Of a DNA stretch of 39,967 nucleotides, positions 8,925-17,748 are shown one piece after another; within the stretch, counting starts at the first letter, position 1, and each line of letters starts with the position of its first letter. The stretch spans positions 1 through 39,967 of the forward strand of contig DASVDK010000090.1 of NCBI GenBank assembly GCA_036381125.1. Reading direction: 5' to 3'. The notes beneath the pieces were generated by a model. That model was not told the DNA's origin. It did no database searches and worked only from the letters and a program-made list of their open reading frames with translations. The position numbers were made by a program, and so were the translations under genes. The DNA is from Thermodesulfobacteriota bacterium. GTDB lineage: Bacteria; DASVDK01.

Positions 8925-10105
8925 CGACGTCCTACCGGCGCGACGCGCTCGTCCTCGCGACGTCGGTCTTCCTCGCGTCGCCGGGACTGGCCATCGTCGC
9001 GCCGCTCATCGCGCCGATCCGCGACGAGTTCGGCGTCGGCAACTTCGAGGCGGGCCTCGTCGTGTCGGCGTTCGGCATCGCCCGCATGCTGGCCGACCTC
9101 CCGGCGGGCGTGCTCGCCGACCGGCTGCCGAAGGCCTTCCTCACGGCCGGCGGCTTCGGGTTCCTCCTGGCCGGGTCGCTCCTCTCGGCCGTGGCGCCGA
9201 GCCTCTCGCTCCTGCTCGCCGGCCGGGCGCTCACGGGGATCGGCTCCGGGCTCGTCATGACGACGGCGATCGCCTGGGCGGGCGCCATCGCGCCGCCCGG
9301 CCGGCAGGCGCGCCTCATCAGCCAGGTCGAGGCCACCTGGATGACGAGCGCCACGGTCGCGCCGGTCATCGGCGGCACCGTCGCGAGCCACTGGGGCTGG
9401 CGGGCGACGTTCTGGTACTGCGCGATCGCGGCGGTCGTGTCCGCGGCCATGCTCCTCGCGCTGGCCGGCCGCGGACGGGCCGCCGCGCCGGCCGCGCGCA
9501 AGCGGGGGGCCGCGCCGCACGCGGTCGGCGCCTCGGGCCCGGTCCTCGGGGCCTACGCGGCCGGGTTCACGATCTTCTTCAACCGCAACGGCGTGCGGAA
9601 CATGCTCCTGCCGCTCTTCGCGGCGAGCGTGGTGGGGCTCGGCGAGGCGTCGGTGGGGCTCGTCGTGGCGGTCGTGGCCGGTGTGACCGTGGCGACGACG
9701 GTGCTCGGCGGTCAGCTCGCCGATCGGTTCGGGCGGCGCCCGGTCCTCCTGGCCGGCCTCGCCGTCCTGATCGCGGGCGACCTCGCCCTCCTCGTCGCCC
9801 GGAGCGAGCCCTGGCTGCTCGCCGTGGGGGTCCTCATGGGGCTCGGCGGCATCGCGAGCAGCATCCCGGCGGCCGTCCTCACCGGCAGCGTCCCGGCGGA
9901 GCGGCTCGGCGGGACGATCGGCGGCTACCGCCTCGTGCAGGACGTCGGCTTCGTGCTCGGCCCCCTCGTGCTCGGCGCGATCCTCGACCGCGCCGGGTTC
10001 GGGACCGGGCTCGTCTTCGCGGCGGTCGTCGTCGCCGCCGGATCGGCGTTCGTCGCCGCGCTCGTGCGGCCGCCGGCGCCGGGAGCGGGGCGGGGAGGGA
10101 CGTGA
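8921..10105 (+). CDS. MFS transporter, probable CTG start
   Basis: GVLADRL and GQLADRFGRR MFS motifs. The frame extends upstream of track start 9062 through a first TM helix to CTG 8921, which overlaps the upstream TGA (CTGA) and follows AAGGAG. Confidence 0.85.
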   Translation: MTTSYRRDALVLATSVFLASPGLAIVAPLIAPIRDEFGVGNFEAGLVVSAFGIARMLADLPAGVLADRLPKAFLTAGGFGFLLAGSLLSAVAPSLSLLLAGRALTGIGSGLVMTTAIAWAGAIAPPGRQARLISQVEATWMTSATVAPVIGGTVASHWGWRATFWYCAIAAVVSAAMLLALAGRGRAAAPAARKRGAAPHAVGASGPVLGAYAAGFTIFFNRNGVRNMLLPLFAASVVGLGEASVGLVVAVVAGVTVATTVLGGQLADRFGRRPVLLAGLAVLIAGDLALLVARSEPWLLAVGVLMGLGGIASSIPAAVLTGSVPAERLGGTIGGYRLVQDVGFVLGPLVLGAILDRAGFGTGLVFAAVVVAAGSAFVAALVRPPAPGAGRGGT

Positions 10106-10126
10106 TGGGGCGGCGCCGCCCGCGCC

Positions 10127-10999
10127 TCAGGCCCTCGCCACGTAGCGCCGAGGGGCGACCGCGCGCCCGCGCGGCCTCGCCGCGCGCGCCCCGGCGAGGA
10201 GCCCGCGCAGGCGCGCGAGGCTCCGCCGCTTCGCCTCCACGTCGCGCAGTTCGATGATGAGCGGCCCCGCGTAGTCGATGGCGCCGAGCTGCCGGAAGAG
10301 GGCGCCGAAGTCGAGCGTCCCCTCGCCGACCGCGAGGTGCTCGTCGATCGTCCCCCGGTTGTCCGAGAGCTGTACCTCGCGGATCCGGTCGCCGAAGAGC
10401 CTGACGAACCGCCCCGTCCCGCCCGGCAGGAGGTTGCAGTGGGCGGCGTCGAGCGCCAGCCCCAGGTAGGGCGAGCGGATCCGCCGGAAGAGGTCCGCGA
10501 ACTCCTCCGTCGTGACCCCCAGGTACTGGAACTCCGACGCGGGCCCCATGTGGTTCATGTTCTCGATCACGAGCGGGACCCGCCTGCGCTCGCCGTAGTC
10601 GGTCACCTCGGCGAGCGTGTCGTAGAGCGCCCGCTTCACCCGGTCCAGGTAGACGCTGAAGTGGAAGCCCATGTGGATCACGAGGTACTCGCAGCCGAGC
10701 GCCTTCGTGAGGTCGACGTACGCCTTCATGTCGGCCACGACCGCCTTGCGGACGATCGGCATGATCTCCGCGGTGTTCACGAACGAGGCCGAGTGGAGCC
10801 CGCACCGCAGGCCCGAGCGCTCCACGAGGCGTCGCACGCGGGCGATGCGCGGCCGGTCGAAGGTCTCGGGGAAGTTCGCCGGGTGCTGGCAGGCGAACTC
10901 GAGCCAGGAGAGGCCCTCCCGCCTCGCGAGCGGGAGGTACCGCTCGATCGGGCCGGACGAGGCGGCGAAGCCGATCTGATCGGGCGTGATGCGACGCAT
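10127..10999 (-). CDS. sugar-phosphate isomerase/epimerase (xylose-isomerase-like TIM barrel)
   Basis: IEN, LDAAH, QLSDN, DEHL..GEG..DF and IIE metal-binding motifs. Confidence 0.85.
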   Translation of the reverse strand: MRRITPDQIGFAASSGPIERYLPLARREGLSWLEFACQHPANFPETFDRPRIARVRRLVERSGLRCGLHSASFVNTAEIMPIVRKAVVADMKAYVDLTKALGCEYLVIHMGFHFSVYLDRVKRALYDTLAEVTDYGERRRVPLVIENMNHMGPASEFQYLGVTTEEFADLFRRIRSPYLGLALDAAHCNLLPGGTGRFVRLFGDRIREVQLSDNRGTIDEHLAVGEGTLDFGALFRQLGAIDYAGPLIIELRDVEAKRRSLARLRGLLAGARAARPRGRAVAPRRYVARA

Positions 11000-11018
11000 G
11001 GCGGTCTCCGGGAACGGG

Positions 11019-12506
11019 TCAGGCGGCGGCCCGCTCGGGCCGCACGAGCCGGACGGCGAGCGGGGTCAGCACGACGAGCGCGGTCGCCGCGAGGAGCACG
11101 GCCGAGATCGGCCGCGTCAGGAAGATGGCCACGCTGCCGTGCGACAGGGTGAGCGACTGGCGCAGCGCGTTCTCGAAGAGCGGCTCGAGCACGAGGCCCA
11201 GGATCATCGGCGCGGCCGGGAAATCGTACCGCTTCATGAAGAAGCCGAGGAGGCCGAAGCCGGCCATGAGCCAGAGGTCGTCGAGGCTGTTCGACTGGCT
11301 GTACACGCCGACGATGCAGAAGGCGAGGATGACGGGGTAGAGGATGGCATAGGGCACGCGGAGCAGGACGGCGAAGATCGGCGCGAGCGGGAGGTTGAGG
11401 ATCAGGAGCAGCACGTTGCCGATGTACATGCTCGCGATGATCCCCCAGACGAAGTCCGGGTGCTGCTGGAAGAGCTGGGGGCCGGGCCTGAGGCCGAACA
11501 TGATGAGCGCCCCCAGCATGACGGCGGTCGTGCCCGAGCCGGGGATGCCGAGGGCGAACATCGGGACCATGGCGCCGGCCGACGCGCCGTTGTTGGCCGC
11601 CTCCGGCGCCGCGACGGCCTCGATCGTGCCGGTGCCGAACCGCTCGGGGTGCCTCGACAGCTTCCGCTCGACCGCGTACGTGACGAACGAGGCGATGGTG
11701 GCGCCCGCGCCCGGCAGGACGCCCACGAGGTAGCCGATGAGGGAGCCCCTGAGGATCGGCAGCCGGCAGGCCCGGAAGTCCTCCCGGGTGGGCCAGACGT
11801 TCCGGATGCTCGTCGTGATCGGCGCCGGGATCTCCTGGCTCACGCTGGCGAGCACCTCGCCGACCCCGAACATGGCGACCGCGAGCACGAGGAACTCGAT
11901 GCCGTCGAGGAGCCAGACCTGGCCGAACGTGAACCGGGTGCTGCCGACCTGCGGGTCGATGCCGATGGTCGCGAGGAGGAGGCCGGCCACGCCGGTGAGG
12001 AGCCCCTTCAGGACCGATCCGCTCACGATGGCGAGGGCGGCCAGGCCCATGACGACCAGCGCGAAGTACTCCGGCGGTCCGAAGAGGAGCGCCGCCTGTG
12101 CGAGCGCCGGGGCGGCCAGCATGAGGCCGACCGTCCCGAGCGTGCCGGCGACGAAGGAGCCGATCGCGGCCATGCCGAGCGCCGCGCCGGCGCGCCCCTT
12201 GCGGGCCATCTGGTAGCCGTCGAGGCTGGTCATGACGGTGGAGGACTCGCCCGGCACGCTCACGAGGACCGACGTGATCGTGCCGCCGTACTGCGCGCCG
12301 TAGTAGATGCCGGCGAACATGATCGTGGCGGCGATCGGGTCGCCGCCGAACGTGAGCGGCATGAGGATGGCGATGCCGGCCGAGGGGCCGATCCCCGGCA
12401 GGGCGCCGATGGCCTGGCCGAGCAGGACGCCGAGAAGGCAGAAGAGGAGGTTCGTCGGCGTGAGGACGACCGAGAACCCCTGCGCGAGATGTCCGAGGAC
12501 GTCCAC
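11019..12506 (-). CDS. tctA: tripartite tricarboxylate transporter large permease TctA
   Basis: GALPGIG, YYGAQYGG, PGESS, PEAANN, LGIPGS motifs. GTG start at 12506. Confidence 0.93.
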   Translation of the reverse strand: MDVLGHLAQGFSVVLTPTNLLFCLLGVLLGQAIGALPGIGPSAGIAILMPLTFGGDPIAATIMFAGIYYGAQYGGTITSVLVSVPGESSTVMTSLDGYQMARKGRAGAALGMAAIGSFVAGTLGTVGLMLAAPALAQAALLFGPPEYFALVVMGLAALAIVSGSVLKGLLTGVAGLLLATIGIDPQVGSTRFTFGQVWLLDGIEFLVLAVAMFGVGEVLASVSQEIPAPITTSIRNVWPTREDFRACRLPILRGSLIGYLVGVLPGAGATIASFVTYAVERKLSRHPERFGTGTIEAVAAPEAANNGASAGAMVPMFALGIPGSGTTAVMLGALIMFGLRPGPQLFQQHPDFVWGIIASMYIGNVLLLILNLPLAPIFAVLLRVPYAILYPVILAFCIVGVYSQSNSLDDLWLMAGFGLLGFFMKRYDFPAAPMILGLVLEPLFENALRQSLTLSHGSVAIFLTRPISAVLLAATALVVLTPLAVRLVRPERAAA

Positions 12507-12508
12507 GG

Positions 12509-12961
12509 CTAGAACCCCCAGGGGCCGCGGGGGAGCGGCACCTTGAGCCAGGCCTGGAAGATCAGGTAGAGCCCGAGCGTCGCCCCCAGGGCGACGCCCG
12601 CCGACAGGCCCCATCCCCGCCGCTCGACCGCGCGGGCGAGGAAGAGCAGGTAGGCCGCGATGGAGGCGGTGAAGCCGAGCTCCCCGATCGCCGCGATGCA
12701 GGCGACGAGCCCCAGCGACACCGCCGCCACCTTGCGCCGGTCCGCCGGGGAGGGCCCGGAGGCGCCGTCGCCCGCCGGCTTCGCGGGGCGCGTGGTGAAG
12801 AGGAAGCCGGCGACGAGCGCGACCAGGAGGAGGCCGAGCCAGAAGGGGAGGAAGCCGGCGCCCGGCACCGACTCCTCCATGTAGCTCAGGTCGCGCGCCT
12901 CGAGCGCGAAGAACAGGCCGACGAGGCCGAAGAGGCCGGCGAGGACCCGTTCACCGCTCAT
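12509..12961 (-). CDS. tctB: tripartite tricarboxylate transporter small permease TctB
   Basis: 150-aa membrane protein with PGAGFLP, LGF and FQAWLKVPLPRG, directly upstream of tctA. Confidence 0.88.
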   Translation of the reverse strand: MSGERVLAGLFGLVGLFFALEARDLSYMEESVPGAGFLPFWLGLLLVALVAGFLFTTRPAKPAGDGASGPSPADRRKVAAVSLGLVACIAAIGELGFTASIAAYLLFLARAVERRGWGLSAGVALGATLGLYLIFQAWLKVPLPRGPWGF

Positions 12962-14082
12962 CGCGCGCGCCACTCCTCGATGCGGGCCCAGTCGAGCGCC
13001 ACGCCGAGACCCGGCCCGATCGGCGGCCGGATCTCGCCCCGCCTCGGCTGGAGGTCGGCCGTGACGATGTCGGCCGTGACCCCCATCGGCTGCAGCGAGC
13101 CGATCTCGTGCGGCGGGCAGAGGTTGGGCGCGGTGAGGGCGAGCTGCGCCTCGGCCGCCGCGGCGAGGCCCATCTCGAAGACGTGCCCGAGGACGCAGCC
13201 GATGCCGGCCGCCTCGAGCATGCCGACCAGGAGCCGCGCGCCGTCGAGTCCGTGCTTCGTCGCCTTGACCTTCACCCGGTCGGCCGCGCCGAGACGGATC
13301 ACCGCGGCGGCGTCCTGCGGCGTCGCGACCGCGTCGTCCGTCATGAGCGGCACGCCGACCTTCCGGCGCACCTCCGCCATGCCGAGCAGGTCGTGGCGGG
13401 GGAGCGGCTGTTCCACGTGCTCGGGCTCGTACGGCTCGATGGCGCGGATGAAGCGGACGGCGTCGGCCGGCCGGTAATGGTCGTTGGCGTCGACGCGGAG
13501 CGCCGCCGCCGCGCCGACCGCCTCGCGCACGGCGCGCACCCTGGCGAGGTCCCGTTCCGGCGTCTCGCCCACCTTGAGCTTGAGGGTGGTGAAGCCGGCC
13601 TCGACGAGCGCCCGCGCGCGGGCCGCCATCTCGTCGGGCGCCGCCATGGAGAGGACCGGCCCGATCACCGGGATGCGGTCGGTCAGGCGGCCGCCGAGCA
13701 GATCGCTCACCGGCACGCCGAGCGCCTTTCCCTGGAGGTCCCAGAGGGCGTTGTTCAGCGCCGCCTTCGTCCAGATGCGTCCCTTGAGGACCGCCTCCAC
13801 CCGCCGCATGGCGGCGATCCGCTCGGTGGCGGGAAGCCCGGTGACGGCCGGCGCCACGTAGCGCCGAACCGCGCCGACGATCTCCTCGAGGAACTCCTCC
13901 GGCTTGCCCGGCGGCGCCGAGACGGCCTCGGCGATCCCCTCGAGACCGTCCACGTCGGTGAGGACCCGCAGCACGACCGAGACGTGCGTTCGGGTCCCCC
14001 CCTCGGAGATGCGGAAGTCGCGAGGGCCGGCGACGACGAGCGGGATGGCCTCGACGCCGGCGATGCGCGGACCGGTCGTCAC
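12958..14082 (-). CDS. muconate cycloisomerase-like enolase-superfamily enzyme
   Basis: KLKVG, VDAN, EQP, MTDD, KVKATK and PGLGV motifs. GTG start overlaps the tctC stop. Confidence 0.88.
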   Translation of the reverse strand: MTTGPRIAGVEAIPLVVAGPRDFRISEGGTRTHVSVVLRVLTDVDGLEGIAEAVSAPPGKPEEFLEEIVGAVRRYVAPAVTGLPATERIAAMRRVEAVLKGRIWTKAALNNALWDLQGKALGVPVSDLLGGRLTDRIPVIGPVLSMAAPDEMAARARALVEAGFTTLKLKVGETPERDLARVRAVREAVGAAAALRVDANDHYRPADAVRFIRAIEPYEPEHVEQPLPRHDLLGMAEVRRKVGVPLMTDDAVATPQDAAAVIRLGAADRVKVKATKHGLDGARLLVGMLEAAGIGCVLGHVFEMGLAAAAEAQLALTAPNLCPPHEIGSLQPMGVTADIVTADLQPRRGEIRPPIGPGLGVALDWARIEEWRAR

Positions 14083-15059
14083 CTGGGGAGCTGGCCGAGC
14101 CGGGCGAGCATGTCCCTGTAGAGCGCTTCCTGCCGCTCGAGGAACCCTGCGAAGTCTCGTGCCGGCAGCACGTGCTCGGTCGCCACGTTGGACGAGATGT
14201 ACGCCTTGAACGCCGGGCTCCGGGCGACCTGCTGCATGACGCCTTCCCAGTAGGCCACGGCGTCGGCCTGCACGCCCTTCGGCATGGCGACGCCGCGCCA
14301 CATCTGGAACGGCGCCGTCTCGATCCCCTGCTCCTCGAGGGTCGGCACGTCGGGCATCGCCGTGAAGCGGGTGGGCCGGAAGACCCCGATCGGCCGCACC
14401 GCGCCGGCCTGGATCTGGCCCATGAACTCGAGCGGGTTGCCCGAGGCGACGTCCACGTGGCCGCCGAGGAGCGCCGTGAGGACCTCTCCGCCGGAGTTGA
14501 ACCGGACGATGTTGAGCCTGATGCCGGTGGCCGCCTCGAACACCGCGATCGACATGTCGTCCGCGGTGCCCGCGGAGCCGACCGACACCGTGCGCGGTCC
14601 CTTCTGCCTCGCCGCCGCAACCAGCCCGGCCGCCGTCGTGTAGGGCGAGTCCTTGCGGACCATGAGGATGTAGTCGTCGAGCATGAAGTTCATGACCGGC
14701 GTGAGGTCGCGCCACCCCCTGGCGTCCTTGACCCGGAGGGGGGTGATCTGGGTCTGCGGGTTGATCAGCACGAGCGTGTGCGGGTCGCCCGACTTCGCCG
14801 CCACCACGTAGCCGACGCCGGCCGCGCTGCCGCCGCCCGGCTTGTTCACCGCCACGACGGAGGTGGGGACGAGCTTCTCCTCCTGGATGATCTTGATGAT
14901 CGTCCGGGCCAGGAGGTCGGCCCCGCCGCCGAGGCCGTACGGGATGACGAACTCGACCTCTTTCGTCGGCTTCCACTCCGCCTGCGCGGCGGACGTCGCG
15001 AGGACGACCCCCACCAGCGCAAGGACCCCCGCAAGGGCCGCCCGCCGGACCATTCGCAT
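14079..15059 (-). CDS. tctC: tripartite tricarboxylate transporter substrate-binding protein TctC (Bug family)
   Basis: Signal peptide; PYGLGGGADLLAR, NKPGGG, ALLGGHVD, DVPTLEEQG. AGGAGG RBS. Confidence 0.92.
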   Translation of the reverse strand: MRMVRRAALAGVLALVGVVLATSAAQAEWKPTKEVEFVIPYGLGGGADLLARTIIKIIQEEKLVPTSVVAVNKPGGGSAAGVGYVVAAKSGDPHTLVLINPQTQITPLRVKDARGWRDLTPVMNFMLDDYILMVRKDSPYTTAAGLVAAARQKGPRTVSVGSAGTADDMSIAVFEAATGIRLNIVRFNSGGEVLTALLGGHVDVASGNPLEFMGQIQAGAVRPIGVFRPTRFTAMPDVPTLEEQGIETAPFQMWRGVAMPKGVQADAVAYWEGVMQQVARSPAFKAYISSNVATEHVLPARDFAGFLERQEALYRDMLARLGQLPR

Positions 15060-15081
15060 GTCCTGCCTCCTGACGGTACCC

Positions 15082-15138
15082 GTTCTAGAACATTGTTCTC
15101 TATGGAACAAGCCTACGGGAACGGCCGTCGCCTGGCAA
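15082..15138 (-). promoter_or_regulatory. sigma70 promoter of tct operon with two palindromic operators
   Basis: TTGCCA-N17-TAGGCT on the minus strand. Palindromes TTGTTC-N6-GAACAA (15093-15110) and GTTCTAGAAC (15082-15091) lie at or just after the predicted start site. Confidence 0.6.
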
Positions 15139-15145
15139 GTGCCGA

Positions 15146-16639
15146 TCAGCGGGCGCGGAGGGCGGCGAGGAGCTTGTCGTGGATGCCGCCGAAGCCGCCG
15201 TTGCTCATGACGAGCACGACGGCGCCGGGAGGGGCCTCGGCGGCGATCGTCGCGACGATGTCGTCGACGGCCGGGATGTGGCGGGCGCGGCGGCCGCGGG
15301 CGCGGATCCGCTCCGCGACGGCGTCGGCCACGAGACGCTCGCCGGGCGCCAGGCTGGCGGCGTTGTGGACGCCGGCGATCACCACCTCGTCGGCGGCGTC
15401 GAACGCGGCCGCGTACTCGTCCTGGTGGACGGCGCGGCGCGAGGTGTTCGAGCGGGGCTCGAAGACCGCCCAGAGGGGCCGGCCGGGGTACTGCGCGCGG
15501 ACCCCCTCGGTCGTCACCCGGACGGCGGTCGGGTGGTGCGCGAAGTCGTCGAGGACCAGGACGCCGCCCGCCTCGCCGCGGACCTCCTGTCGCCGCTTGA
15601 CCCCCTCGAAGCCGGCCAGCCCGCGGCGGATCGCCTCGAACGGGACCCCGAAGCGGTGAGCGACGGCGATGGCGGCGAGCGCGTTCTCCACGTTGTGGCG
15701 CCCGGTCATCGGCAGCGCCATCCGTCCGGCCGGGCCCGAGGGGGCGACCAGGTCGAACGAGGCGCCGTCGGCGCCGAAGACGATCCGCTCGGCGCGCCAC
15801 TCGAGGTCGGCCGTCCCCTCGGCGGCGCCGTAGCGGACGATCGCGGCGCCCCTCGCGCCGGCCCGCACCGCGTCGACGGCATGGGGGAAGGACGCGCCGA
15901 CGATGAGCGTCCCCTGCGGCGCGGGGGGGACGAGCGCGGCGAAGGCGCGGAAGGCGGCCTTCACGTGGTCGAGGTCGCGGTAGATGTCGGCGTGATCGAA
16001 CTCGACGCTCGTCACCACCGCCGTGCGGGGCCGGTAATGGAGGAACTTGGGGCCCTTGTCGAAGAAGGCGGTGTCGTACTCGTCCCCCTCGACGACGAAC
16101 GCCTCGCCCCCTCCCAGCCGAAAGTTCGACGCCCAGTTGCGCGTGACGCCGCCGATGAGGAACGACGGGTCGAGGCCGCCCACGTGGAGGAGCCAGGCGA
16201 CGAGCGAGGCGGTCGTCGTCTTGCCGTGGGTCCCGGCGATCACGACCGGGTGCTTCCCGGCGAGGAAGAGCTCCCCGAAGGCGGCCGGGAAGCTCGTGAA
16301 GGGGATGCCGGAGGCGACGAGCGCGTCGGCCTCCGGGTTCCTGCGCGTGATCACGTTGCCGACGACGACCAGGTCTGGCCGGGGCGAGAGGTTCTCGGGC
16401 CGGTAGCCTTCCCTGAACGGGATGCCCCACTTCGCGAGCTGGGTGCTCATCGGCGGGTAGACGTTCTGGTCGGAGCCGGTGACCTCGTAGCCGGCCTCCT
16501 TGAGCATGCCGGCGAAGGAGCCCATGGCGGTGCCGCCCACGCCCATGACGTGGATGCGGCGGATGCCGCGCGGCAGCGGCGAGGCCGGGACGACCTCCGG
16601 GTAGGGGTTGAAGGCGGTGCCGTCGAGCGTCGGGGACAT
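15146..16639 (-). CDS. mpl: murein tripeptide ligase Mpl (MurC family)
   Basis: GVGGTAM, YPPMST, GTHGKTTT, EGDEYDTAFFDKGPKFLHY, DDFAHHPT, EPRSNT and MSNGGFGG are Mpl-type motifs. Confidence 0.9.
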   Translation of the reverse strand: MSPTLDGTAFNPYPEVVPASPLPRGIRRIHVMGVGGTAMGSFAGMLKEAGYEVTGSDQNVYPPMSTQLAKWGIPFREGYRPENLSPRPDLVVVGNVITRRNPEADALVASGIPFTSFPAAFGELFLAGKHPVVIAGTHGKTTTASLVAWLLHVGGLDPSFLIGGVTRNWASNFRLGGGEAFVVEGDEYDTAFFDKGPKFLHYRPRTAVVTSVEFDHADIYRDLDHVKAAFRAFAALVPPAPQGTLIVGASFPHAVDAVRAGARGAAIVRYGAAEGTADLEWRAERIVFGADGASFDLVAPSGPAGRMALPMTGRHNVENALAAIAVAHRFGVPFEAIRRGLAGFEGVKRRQEVRGEAGGVLVLDDFAHHPTAVRVTTEGVRAQYPGRPLWAVFEPRSNTSRRAVHQDEYAAAFDAADEVVIAGVHNAASLAPGERLVADAVAERIRARGRRARHIPAVDDIVATIAAEAPPGAVVLVMSNGGFGGIHDKLLAALRAR

Positions 16640-16658
16640 GAGCGGAGCGAGGCCCCTT

Positions 16659-17747
16659 CTACCGGGCGGGCTCGTCGAACGCCGCCGCGACGAGGTCGTG
16701 GAAGCGGGGACGGAACGCCTGGATGCGCCGGTTCTCCCGCGTCGGGTGGACGCGGTTCGTCAGGAGGACGGCCACGAGGCGTCGGCCCGGGTCGATCCAC
16801 ATGGAGGTGCCCGAATAGCCGAGGTGCCCGATCGAGTCAAGGGCGAAACGCGTCCCGGCGGCGGAGGCGCCCTCGGTCGGCGTGTCCCAGCCGAGCGTGC
16901 GCGTCGTCACCCGCGCCCCCTGCCGGCGGAAGGTCTCCTCCACGAGCCGGTGCGGGATCGGTCCCGGCTCGCCCTCGCGAAGGGCGAGCCAGCGCGCGCA
17001 GAAGCGGTACACGTCGCGTCCGGTGGCGAAGAGGCCGGCGTGGCCGGCGACGCCGCCCATCGCCCACGCCGTGTCGTCGTGCACCTCCCCTTCGAGGACC
17101 CCTCCCCGCCAGGCGGAGTCCTCCGTCGCCGCCACGGAGGCGCCGGGCGGCCAGGGGGCGCGCTCGCCGATCGGCGCGAAGCCGGTCTCGACGAGCCCGA
17201 AGGGGCCGCGGACGTACCGCTCGAAGAGCGCGTCGAGCCGCGCCTCCCCGACGCGCTCGAGCACCGCGCCGAGCGTGATGAACCCGAGGTCGCTGTAGAC
17301 GGCGCGCGTGCCGGGCGGCGCCTCGAGCGGGGTCTCGTCGACCAGCTCCGCGGCCGCGCGCCTCGCGTCGGGCCGGCCGCGAAGCCGCTCGTGCAGCGGC
17401 AGCCAGGCCGGCAGCCCGCTCGCATGGGCGAGGAGGTGGCGGACCGTGACGCCGGGGTGCGCGAAGCTCGGCCGGTATCGGGTCACCGGCGCGTCGAGGT
17501 CGAGCCGTCCCTCGGCGGCCAGCGCCAGCGCGACCGTGGTCGTGGCGATCGGTTTCGAGAGGGAGGCGAGGTCGAACCAGGTGGCCGACGTGACCGGTTC
17601 GCCGGGGGCCGGCAGGAGGCGGGTGACCCCGGCGGCCGCCTCGAGGAGCACCCGGTCGCCGCGGCCGACGACCGCCACGGCGCCGGGAAAGGTCCCGTCG
17701 GCCACCCCCTCGGCGAGGAGGGCACGGACGGCGTCCCAGCCGCTCAT
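16659..17747 (-). CDS. serine hydrolase, beta-lactamase/AmpC-like fold
   Basis: FDLASLSK (SxxK), YSDLGF, GEVHD, GHAGLF, GHLGYSGT, LLTNRVHP. Confidence 0.88.
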   Translation of the reverse strand: MSGWDAVRALLAEGVADGTFPGAVAVVGRGDRVLLEAAAGVTRLLPAPGEPVTSATWFDLASLSKPIATTTVALALAAEGRLDLDAPVTRYRPSFAHPGVTVRHLLAHASGLPAWLPLHERLRGRPDARRAAAELVDETPLEAPPGTRAVYSDLGFITLGAVLERVGEARLDALFERYVRGPFGLVETGFAPIGERAPWPPGASVAATEDSAWRGGVLEGEVHDDTAWAMGGVAGHAGLFATGRDVYRFCARWLALREGEPGPIPHRLVEETFRRQGARVTTRTLGWDTPTEGASAAGTRFALDSIGHLGYSGTSMWIDPGRRLVAVLLTNRVHPTRENRRIQAFRPRFHDLVAAAFDEPAR

Positions 17748-17748
17748 C

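Noticed and set aside
16659-17747. Beta-lactam resistance gene
   Set aside because: No signal peptide, and the peptidoglycan-recycling context argues against it; the fold alone does not imply resistance.
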